Source of the DNA: Leucoraja ocellata
Taxonomy: Eukaryota
Direction: 5' to 3'
Assembly: GCA_036785375.1 (NCBI GenBank)
Contig: JAWMAR010002088.1
Location: forward strand, 1 to 64,000
DNA: 64,000 bases
A program made the translations under genes and the position numbers. Below the pieces are notes generated by a model. The model saw nothing but the letters and a program-made list of their open reading frames with translations. It had not been told where the DNA came from and ran no database searches. Each line of letters opens with the position of its first letter. Position 1 is the first letter of the stretch. Positions 24,501 through 34,678 of this stretch are shown one piece after another.

Positions 24501-26976
24501 TACCATGTAAGAGGAGAGAAGTGGGAGAGTGGGGAGGAAGGGGTAGAGAGACTGGTGGAAGAGGGACAGATTGGTAGGGGAAGGGGGTGGGGGAGAGAGG
24601 GATGGGTGGCAGAGGGAGAGAGAGAGGGACACATAGAAACATAGAAATTAAGTGCAGGAGTAGGCCATTCGGCCCTTCGAGCCTGCACCGCCATTCAATA
24701 TGATCACGGCTGATCATCCAACTCAGTATCCCGTACCTGCCTTCTCTCAATACCCCCTGATCCCTTTAGCCACAAGGGCCACATCTAACTCCCTCTTAAA
24801 TATAGCCAATGAACTGGCCTCCAGTACCTTCTGTGGCAGAGAGTTCCAGAGATTCACCACTCTCTGTGTGAAAAATGTTCTTCTCATCTCGGTCCTAAAG
24901 GATTTCCCCTTTATCCTTAAACTGTGTCCCGCAACATGTGGAACAATCTTCCTGCATCAGACAAATGCAATTCAGGACTTTTCACTTCACAAGCAAATCA
25001 GAAATGACAGTTAGTGAAGAATTTGAATAATCACTGAGCGTTCTCTATGGCAACAATGTATTTGAGCATTGGGCATTGTGACATCACACGATGGAATGTT
25101 CACCGGGGCTGTGGCTCCTGCAAAGGCATATGTAAATGACTCCAATCCGATTGGCCATCTGTGAGCATCGGGCATTGTGACATCACACGATGGAACGTTC
25201 ACAGGGAGCTGCTTGTGTGGGTGAGAATCCAGTTTCTTTTTGAAATATTGAGGTGGTGGGGGGGGGGGGGTGTAGGATTTGATTAAAAAAGCGTACTCAA
25301 ACACGATGAAATGTAACGAGGAGCGGATACTTAGAAAGAAAAGCGAAATCTCTACCGAAATGGAAAAGACGTCGGCGATTCCGCGTCCGGTTTCGGAGTT
25401 GCGGAGCGTCAAAGGAAGAAACGCGGCGGACGCCGTACGGCGGCAGGCGGACTGATTCGAGTTTTATATATATACTAGACCAAGTGCAGACCCGTTGGGT
25501 CTGTTTCCCCAACAGCGTTTGCGGGGGGGGGGGGAGGGGGGAGGGGGAGTAGGGGCTGCGGCATCACACTCAAATTAACCACCCCCCAAACTCACGTGGG
25601 GGGAGGGGGGGGGGGGGTGGGTGAGAAGAGGGGAGGGAGGGGAGAGGAGGAGGAGGAAACATGACAGATTTGGGAGGGAAAGGAGAGCGGGGTAGGGGGT
25701 GAGAGAGGGGGATGGGGAGAGAGATGTGGGGGAGGGGGGATGGGGAGGGAGGGGAAGAGGGGGAGAGGGGTGGAGGGAGAGACGGGAAAGAGTGGGGAGT
25801 GAGAGGGAGGAGGAGAGGGGTAGGGAGAAGGGGGCGGGTGGAGAGAGGGAAGGGGTTGGGGTAGAGAGGGAAGGGGGTGAGGGAGAGAGGGAGAGGGGTG
25901 AGAGAGAGGGGTGAGGAGAGAGAGAGGGGTGAGGAGAGGGAAACATAGAAATTAAGTGCAGTAGCAGGCCATTCGGTCCTTCGAGCCTGCACCACCATTC
26001 AATATGATCAAGGATGATCATCCAACTCAGTATCCTGTACCTGCCTTCTCTCCATACCCCCTGATCCCTTTAGCCACAAGGGCCACATCTAACTCCCTCT
26101 TAAATATAGCCAATGAACTGGCCTCAACTTCTGTGGCAGAGAATTCCAGAGATTCACCACTCTCTGTGTGAAAAATGTTTTTCTCATCTCGGTCATAAAG
26201 GATTTCCCCCTTATCCTTAAACTGTGACCCCCTGTTCTGGACTTCCCCAACATCTGGAACAATCTTCCTGCATCTAGCCTGTCCAACCCTTTAAGAATTT
26301 TGTAAGTTTCTATAAGATCCCCCCTCAATCTTCTAAAATCTAGCGAGTACAAGCCAAGTCTATCCAGTCTTTCTTCATTTGAAAGTCCTGACATCCCAGG
26401 AATCAGTCTGTTGAACCTTCTCTGTACTCCCTTTATGGTCTGTTTCCCCAACGGCGTTTGCGGGGGGGGGGGTTGAGAAGAGGGGAGGGAGGAGGAGGAA
26501 ACGGGATAGATTTGGGAGGGAAAGGAGAGCGGGGTAGGGGGTGAGGGATGGGGAGAGAGCTTTGGGGGAGGGGGGATGGGGAGGGAGGGGAGCAGGGTGG
26601 GATGGGGAGAGGGGTGGGGGGAAAGAGGGGAAAGAGTGGGGAGGGAGGAGGAGAGGGGTAGCGGGAGTGATGGAAGAGGGACAGAGGGATAGGGGAAGGG
26701 TGTGGGGGGAGAGAAGGTAGGGGGTGGGGTAGAAGAGGGAAGCGGGTGGGGGAGAGAGGGATGGGAGAGGGGTTAGGAGAGGGGGAGGAGAGAGTGGGAG
26801 AGAAGTGGAAGAGTGGGGAGGGAGGGAGGGGTAGAGGGGTAGCGGGAGTGGTAGAAGAGGGACAGAGGGGAGGGGGGAAGGGGGTGGTGGTAGAGAGGGA
26901 AGGGGGTGGTGGTAGAGAGGGAAGGGGGTGGGGGAGAGAGAGATGGGTGGCAGAGGGAGAGGGGTGAGGAGAGGGA

Positions 26977-28205
26977 CACATAGAAACATAGAAATTAAGT
27001 GCAGTAGTAGGCCATTCGGCCCTTCGAGCCTGCACCATTCTCCATTCAATATGATCACGGCTGATAGAAACATAGAAACATAGAAATTAGGTGCAGGAGT
27101 AGGCCATTCGGCCCTTCGAGCCTGCACCGCCATTCAATATGATCATGGCTGATCATCCAACTCAGTATCCCGTACCTGCCTTCTCTCCATACCCCCTGAT
27201 CCCCTTAGCCACAAGGGCCACATCTATCTCCCTCTTAAATATATCCAATGAACTGGCCTCAACTACCCTCTGTGGCAGAGAGTTCCAGAGATTCACCACT
27301 CTCTGTGTGAAAAAAGTTCTTCTCATCTCGGTCACAAAAGATTTCCCCCTTATCCTTAAGCTGTGACCCCTTCTCCTGGACTTCCCCAACATCGGGAACA
27401 ATCTTCCTACATCTAGCCTGTCCAACCCCTTAAGAATTTTGTAAGTTTCTATAAGATCCCCTCTCAGTCTCCTAAATTCTAGAGAGTATAAACCAAGTCT
27501 ATCCAGTCTTTCTTCATAAGACAGTCTTGACATCCCAGGAATCAGTCTGGTGAACCGTCTCTGCACTCCCTCTATGGCAATAATGTCCTTCCTCAGATTT
27601 GGAGACCAAAACTGTACGCAATACTCCAGGTGTGGTCTCACCAAGACCCTGTACAACTGCAGTAGAACCTCCCTGCTCCTATACTCAAATCTTTTTGCAA
27701 TGAAAGCTAACATACCATTCACTTTCTTCACTGCCTGCTGCACCTGCATGCCTACCTTCAATGACTGGTGTACCATGACACCCAGGTCTCGCTGCATCTC
27801 CCCCTTTCCCAATCGGCCACCATTTAGATAATAGTCTGCTTTCCCGTTTTTGCCACCAAAATGGATAACATCACATTTATCCACATTATGCTGCATCTGC
27901 CAAACATTTGCCCACTCACCCAGCCTATCCAAGTCACCTTGCAGTCTCCTAGCATCCTCCTCACAGCTCCCCCCCTCTCCATACCCCCTGATCCCTTTAG
28001 CCACAAGGGCCACATCTAACTCCCTCTTAAATATAGCCAATGAACTGGCCTCCACTACCTTCTGTGGCAGAGAGTTCCAGAGACTCACCACTATCTGTGT
28101 GAAAAATGTTTCCCTCATCTCAGTACTAAAGGATTTCACCTTTATCCTTAAACTGTGTCCCGCGTGTCCTGGACTTCCCCAACATCTGGAACAATCTTCC
28201 TGCAT
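26977..28205 (-). mobile_element. Nested CR1-B 3' fragments within a Helitron unit
   Basis: Second tail at ~27065 inside the first; ORF 27162-28205. Confidence 0.85.
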
Positions 28206-30886
28206 CAGACAAATGCAATTCAGGACTTTTCACTTCACAAGCAAATCAGAAATGACAGTTAGTGAAGAATTTGAATAATCGCTGAGCGTTCTCTATGGCA
28301 ACAATGTATTTGAACATTGGGCATTGTGACATCACACGATGGAACGTTCACCATGGGCTGGGATCCTGCAAAGGCATATGTAAATGAATCCATTCCGATT
28401 GGCCATCTGTGAGCATCGGGCATTGTGACATCACACGATGGAACGTTCACAGGGAGCTGCTTGTGTGGGTGAGAATCCAGTTTCTTTTTGAAATATTGAG
28501 GTGGGAGGGGGGGGGGGGGGTGTAGGATTTGATTAAAAAAGCGTACTTAAACACGACGAAATGTAACGAGGAGCGGATACTTAGAAAGAAAAGCGAAATC
28601 TCTACCGAAATGGAAAAGACGTCGGCGATTCTGCGTCCGGTTTCGGAGTTGCGGAGCGTCAAAGGAAGAAACGCGGGGCGGGGAGGAGGGAGGGATGGGG
28701 AGAGGTGTGGGGGGAAATAGTCGGGAGGGAGAGTGAGGGGAAGGGGGAGAGAAGTGGAAGAGTGGGGAGGGAGGTGGAGAGGGGTAGCGGGAGTGATGGA
28801 AGAGGGGCAGAGGGATAGGGGGAAGGGGGTGGGGGGAGAGAGGGAAGGGGGTGGGGTAGACAGGGAACGGGGGTGGGAGAGAGAAGGATGGGAGAGGGGT
28901 GAGGAGAGGGGGAGGAGACAGTGGGAGAGAAGTGAAAGAGTGGGAGAGAAGTGAAAGAGTGGGGAGGGAGGGAGGGGTAGCGGGAGTGGTAGAAGAGGGA
29001 CGGGGAGTGGTGGAAGAGGGACAGAGGGGAAGGGGATGGGGTGGGGGAGAGTGGGGAAGGGAGGGGAAGAGAGAGGGGTGGGGGTGGGAGAGGCATGGGG
29101 TAAGGGGATAGAAGTGGAAGAGTGGGGAGGGAGGGGTAGGGGGAGTGGTGAAAGAGGGACAGAGGGGTAGGGGGAAGGGGGTGGCGGTAGCGAGGGAAGG
29201 GGGGTGGGGGATAGAGAGATGGGTGGGAGAGTGAGAGGGGTGGGGAGAGGGAAACATAGAAATTAAGTGCAGGAGTAGGCCATTCGGACCTTTGAGCCCG
29301 CACCACCATTCAATATGATCATGGCTGATCATCCAACTCAGTATCCTGTACCTGCCTTCTCTCCATACCCCCTGATCCCTTTAGCCACACAGGCCACATC
29401 TAACTCCCTGTTAAATATAGCCAATGAACTGGCCTCAACTACCTTCCATGGCACAGAATTCCAGGGATTCACCATTCTCTGTGTGAAAAATGTTTTCCTC
29501 ATCTCGGTCCTAAAAGATTTCCCCCTTATCCTTAAACTGTGATCCCTTGTTCTGGACTTCCCCAACATCGGGAACAATCTTCCTGCATCTAGCCTGTACA
29601 ACCCTTAAGAATTTTCTATAAGATCCCCCCTCAATCTTCTAAATTCTAGCGTGTACAAGCCGAGTCTATCCAGTCTTTCTTCATATGAAAGTCCTGACAT
29701 CCCAGGAATCAGTCTGGAGAACCTTCTCTGTACTCCCGACATTTTTCCGATTTTCTCTAATTTAATAAAAATGTGCAAGTCTTATTCATATCGAGTTTCA
29801 GCGGTGATTTATATAAATATTTTTACACAATATGTGACAATTTCATGTAGTTTGGTGACTTGGGTCACGAAACTGCTGAATAAAGCTCCTCGGCCCACAG
29901 CCTATTCTCTGTACTCCCAATATGGCAACAATGTATTTGAACATTGGGCATTGTGACATCACACGATGGAATGTTCACCATGGGCTGTGGCTCCTGCAAA
30001 GGCATATGTAAATGAATCCATTCCGATTGGCCATCTGTGAGCATCGGGCATTGTGACATCACACGATGGAACGTTCACAGGGAGCTGCTTGTGTGGGTTA
30101 GAATCCAGTTTTGTTTTTGAAATATTGAGGTGGCGGGGGGGGGGGGGGGGTGTAGGATTTGATTAAAAAAGCGAACTTAAACACGACGAAATGTAACGAG
30201 GAGCGGATACTTAGAAAGAAAAGCGAAATCTCTACCGAAATGGAAAAGACGTCGGCAATCCTGCGTCCGGTTTCGGAGTTGCGGAGCGTCAAAGGAAGAA
30301 ACGCGCGGCGGACGCCGTACGGCGGCAGGCGGACTGATTTGAGTTTTATATATATACTAGACCAAGTGCAGACCCGTTGGGTCTGCTCCCCCAATGGTGT
30401 GATCCCCCAACCCAATATTCCACCATGCACCCGTCTCCTCCATTGGAACTGAGCCCGTTGCCAAATGTAAGTTTCCAGCACTCCCCTGCCTCCCTCAATT
30501 GCAGCCCTCCCCTGCCTGCTGCAGCAGTGAAAAGTTCAGTGTTCCTCTCTTGCAACTTTGTTTCGAAGTGTGTTGGAAGCTGATGTAAATGGAGAAGCCT
30601 GTTTATTTTTGAATTACTTGGGGGGGGGGGGGGGGGGGGGGGAGAAGGATTTGATTAAAAACATGTACTTCAGCACGACGAAATGAAATGAGGAGCGGAT
30701 ACTTAGAAAGAAAAGCGAAATCTCTACCGAAGGGGAAATATCTCGGAGATTGAGCGTCCGGTTTCGGAGTTGCGGAGCGTCAAAGGAAGAAACGCGCGGC
30801 GGACGCCGTACGGCGGCAGGCGGACTGATTTGAGTTTTATATATATATAGATAAAGAAGATAAGAAAGATAAGATAGATAGATAGA

Positions 30887-30995
30887 TGAGAGGCATAGAT
30901 AGGATAGAGAGTCAGAACCTTTTTACACAGGGTGTAAATATAAAGTAATGGAGGGCACAGCTTTCATGTGAGTGGGACATGGTGTAAAGGGCCAT
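30887..30995 (+). mobile_element. Old CR1 fragment, right half
   Basis: tgagaggcatagataggatagagagtcagaacc continues the fragment ending at 18934. Confidence 0.85.
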
Positions 30996-31199
30996 GTATT
31001 CACAGAAGGCTCAATGAGAGATTTATGCGTTGATGTTGAGACTGTGCTTCACTTATACACCTAGATACAATTTTAAACTGACATCATGTCTTTCCTCCCA
31101 GCTGAAAAAAAAGACGCATGGTACTACTTCAAATACGGGCTGGGAAATTCTCACACGTGCATTGACCAATTGTTATTTCTTAAGCAATACGTGTAAAGT

Positions 31200-31408
31200 G
31201 GATTTAAGACAGACACAAAAAGTTGTAGTAACTCAGCATGTCAGGCAGCTCTTCTGGGAAAAATGAAAAGTTGATGATTTGTGTCGAGACCCTTCCCGAA
31301 ATGTCACCTGTTCCTTTTCCGCAGAGATGCTGCCTGACCCGCTGTGTTACTCCAGCATTTTGCATCTGCCTACAGCAAAACATGCATCTGCAGTTCCTTC
31401 CTACACAG
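31200..31408. mobile_element. Palindromic (fold-back) Penelope-derived repeat
   Basis: Left arm agtaactcagcatgtcaggcagc and right arm gctgcctgacccgctgtgttact are inverted copies. Confidence 0.55.
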
Positions 31409-31519
31409 TAATTGAGTAAAGTAGACTATCTGTTTTATCTAAAACTGTTGTTTGTGGAAATGACTGCATTCTGATAGTAAAGTAGTTCTACTTTGAGAAA
31501 CATCTATTCAGCTGCAAGG

Positions 31520-31786
31520 TGTTATGCGAAAAGTGATTTTGTAATTGTTGCCCTAAATACACCAATATAATCCCTGCCATCAATCCTGATCCTTAAACTG
31601 TATTCACTGGTAATTAGTGACCAGTACAAGTGGTCTCATTCCCATTGGATCTGGTTATCAGGTTTGTGTACACATGGACCAATAATTAGCTTCACACCAG
31701 AGTTCTGTTAAAAACGTACAAGAGATTAAGTTACTGTTGCTACATTTACTCTGCTGGTTTAATACTGCTGTGGGCAGCTGTAAAAC
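31520..31786 (+). promoter_or_regulatory. Candidate promoter of the MHC class I-like gene
   Basis: Non-repetitive sequence upstream of the ATG; CCAAT at 31562 and 31679, ATTGG at 31644, IRF-like GAAAAGTGA at ~31528. Confidence 0.35.
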
Positions 31787-31838
31787 ATGCTTCTTTTTAC
31801 CTTACTCAACACTTACGGTGTGGCCACTGTCTCATCTG
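31787..31838 (+). CDS. MHC class I-like gene exon 1 (signal peptide MLLFTLLNTYGVATVSS)
   Basis: aaaacATG start, hydrophobic leader ending VSS, donor G|GTAAGC in phase 1 matching exon 2 (G+AT = Asp). Confidence 0.72.
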
Positions 31839-32116
31839 GTAAGCAATGCTCCTTCTACTTGCGAACTTTGAGAAAACAACAATACTGATTCTATTTGTTG
31901 TTGCACAGCACCTGTGTTTGGCTTGGGTTCATTGTCTTGGATGTATTCATTGAATTATTGAATTGAATGTACATTTGGGTAATGGTGATTCCTGAATTGT
32001 GAAGGCTGCTGTGAGAAGTTATATATACTATGGTTACCATGGCAATCCATTGAAGAGAAGAACTGAATACATGTAAATAATGAGCATAGTGCATGGGATA
32101 ATACAGCTTAGGAGCA

Positions 32117-32212
32117 GTCTGAAGAAGGGTCTTGACCCAAAACGTCACCTATTCATTTTCTCCAGAGAGGCTGCCTGACCCGCTGAGTTACTCCAGCACT
32201 TTGTGTCTACCT
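32117..32212 (+). mobile_element. Penelope-like repeat with hammerhead-like core
   Basis: ctgaagaagggtcttgacccaaaacgtc at 32119-32146. Confidence 0.55.
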
Positions 32213-32214
32213 TC

Positions 32215-32600
32215 GGCCCACAATGTCTGTGCTGAACAAAATCTAATCTCCTCTACCTGTATGTGATCCTTATCCGCCCATTCCATGCCTATCTATGTAC
32301 CTATCTAAAAGCCTCTGAAATGTAACTGTTATATCTCCCACCACCACCACCACCACTGGCAATGCATTACAGGTGTCCACCACCCTCCACATAAAACAAC
32401 GCCTCGCTCATCTCCTTTGAACATTGCTTCTCCTACCTTAAAGTGATGTTCTCTGGTCTTCAACATTTCCACCCTGGGAAAAAGGTTGTGACTGTCCATT
32501 ATGTCTGTGCCTCTCACCATGTTATGCACTTTCATCAGGTCTCCCTTCAACCTCCAGTATACAAGTGAAACAACCCATGTTTGTCCAATCTGTCCTTGCA
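32215..32600 (-). mobile_element. Old CR1 3' fragment
   Basis: ORF 32329-32601 WRLKGDLMKVHNMVRG... Confidence 0.75.
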
Positions 32601-33514
32601 CTAATATCTCAGACAGAATTCAGGTAAACCAGTGATGTGCACTTTCAATAAAGAAGCGTCTTCTGCAGCAGTAGGTGTCCCACCTCTCCAAGATTTCCTC
32701 AGCTGATGTTAGACACCCACATGATGGTAAAAATCAGCTTGCATTAAATGACCAATCTATGTTGTTTTAATGTTGTGTTATCTTGTTCTGTTTGCTGCAT
32801 GCATCACTCTCCTGCAGACCCTATCCATTATCCCACCACCACTTACCCAGAAGAGGATAACCACATTTAAGACGCTTGAGGATAGGCATGTGGATATGCA
32901 GGGAATTGAGGGATATGAATCGTGTACAAGCATGAAGAGTTGAGTTTAACTTGACATCATGTTCGGCACAGACAATGTGGCTGAACTCTAACCCATTACA
33001 CCCTTAATAAACAAAAATCTATCAATCTCAATCTGGAAATGTTCAAGAGGGCAACACATTCAACAGATTACAGAATCGAGAACCAGAGGACATAGGTTTA
33101 AATTGAGGGGGGAAAGATTTAATGGGAATCTGATGAGCAATTTCTTCCCACACAATGCTTCTTTTCTAACTATTCTGACAATCATCAAGGGTTGGAGATT
33201 ACAAACCTGTAATCGGTTGCTCGTCCTGAAAGTTTAATCCCATTGTTATCAGATGAAAATAAATATAATGGTGATTCCCTGTTAAAATAATAACATATAA
33301 AACAAAAATCCTTGGCTATGGAGTGTTTTGGGATTTTATCGTTACTGTATTCCACACTTAGTCTTCTTATGTTTCTTCTGGTAACAGTGAAACAGACACT
33401 TATAACTCTGCCCTGGGGGCCCCTTCTCACCTCAATTAAACACATGAACTTTGACACTGTCTGGTGTGTTGCCTGTAATCTTTATCACAGAACAAATACT
33501 GCTTATTCATGAGG

Positions 33515-34020
33515 AAACAAGAAACTGCAGATGCTGGTTAATTGGCATAAAAGGGGAGTAATTCAGCAGGTCAGTCAATATGTCTGGAGAACATGGATAG
33601 GTGATGTTTCAGTTGAGACAAGTGTAAGAAGGAACTGCAGAAGCTGATTTAAACCGAAGATGGACAATAAAGCTGGATTAACTCAGCGTCCCTAGAGAGA
33701 AGGAATGGGTGACGTTTTGGGTCGAGACCCTTCTTCTGACTGCTGATGCAGATGCTGGTTTACACCGAAGATAGATACAAAAGGCTGGAGTAACTCAGCA
33801 AGTCGGGCAGCATCACTGGAGAATAGGAATAGGTGGAGTTTCAGGTGAAGACACTGCATCAATCAGGGGTCCATATATTTCATTGTACTTTTTCATATAT
33901 CTCGGTTCCCTGTTCCCTGACTCTCAGTCTGATGAAGGGTCTCGACACCAAACGTCACCTTTTCCTTTTCTCCGGAGATGCTGCCTGACCCACTGAGTTA
34001 CTCCAGTATTTTGTGTCGAG
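33515..34020. mobile_element. Cluster of tandem and inverted Penelope-like terminal repeats
   Basis: Three gatgctgg...agtaactcagc copies followed by an inverted copy with ctgatgaagggtctcgacaccaaacgtc (33929-33956). Confidence 0.6.
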
Positions 34021-34037
34021 TTTCAGTTTAGGCCCTG

Positions 34038-34678
34038 TTAACCATATAACCATATAACAATTACAGCACGGGAACAGGCCATCTCGGCCCTACAAGTCCG
34101 TGCCGAACAACTTTTTTTCCCTTAGTCCCACCTGCCTGCACTCATACCATAACCCTCCATTCCCTTCTCATCCATATGCCTATCCAATTTATTTTTAAAT
34201 GATACCAATGAACCTGCCTCCACCACTTCCACTGGAAGCTCATTCCACACCGCTACCACTCTCTGAGTAAAGAAGTTCCCCCTCATATTACCCAAAACTT
34301 CTGTCCCTTAATTCTGAAGTCATGTCCTCTTGTTTGAATCTTCCCTATTCTCAAAGGGAAAAGCTTGTCCACATCAACTCTGTCTATCCCTCTCATCATT
34401 TTAAAGACCTCTATCAAGTCCCCCCTTAACCTTCTGCACTCCAGAGAATAAAGACCTAACTTATTCAACCTTTCTCTGTAACTTAGTTGTTGAAACCCAG
34501 GCAACATTCTAGTAAATCTCCTCTGTACGCTCTCTATTTTGTTGACATCCTTCCTATAATTGGGCGACCAAAATTGTACACCATACTCCAGATTTGGTCT
34601 CACCAATGCCTTGTACAATTTTAACATTACATCCCAGCTTCTATACTCAATGCTCTGATTTATAAAGGCTAGCATACC
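34038..34678 (-). mobile_element. CR1 family A 3' fragment
   Basis: Tail plus ORF 34283-34705. Confidence 0.93.

Larger units (their letters stand above)
18935..30886 (-). mobile_element. ~12-kb composite nested/tandem non-autonomous Helitron array
   Basis: Inserted at A|T with no TSD; 5' TC at 30886; terminal hairpin plus TTAG (C>T of CTAG) at 18935; internal hairpin-CTAG ends at 21776, 22115, 25475 and 30357. Confidence 0.85.

Noticed and set aside
22210-29330. Many long Pro/Ser/Leu- or Gly/Glu/Arg-rich ORFs (also 35280-41980 and 51900-52330)
   Set aside because: Artefacts of stop-poor purine/pyrimidine-skewed tracts inside Helitron units.
25070-30075. CRISPR-like reading of the recurring gggcattgtgacatcacacgatggaa motif, or a CRP site
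   Set aside because: Eukaryotic context, irregular spacing, intervening sequences are themselves repeated, no cas genes, and the half-site spacing is wrong for CRP.
18935-30886. Autonomous Helitron
   Set aside because: No HUH Rep or PIF1-like helicase motifs in any listed ORF.
33318-33380. Hydrophobic ORF MECFGILSLLYSTLSLLMFLL as the MHC leader exon
   Set aside because: Its GT donors fall in phase 0 whereas exon 2 needs phase 1; 31787-31838 fits with a strong GTAAGC donor.
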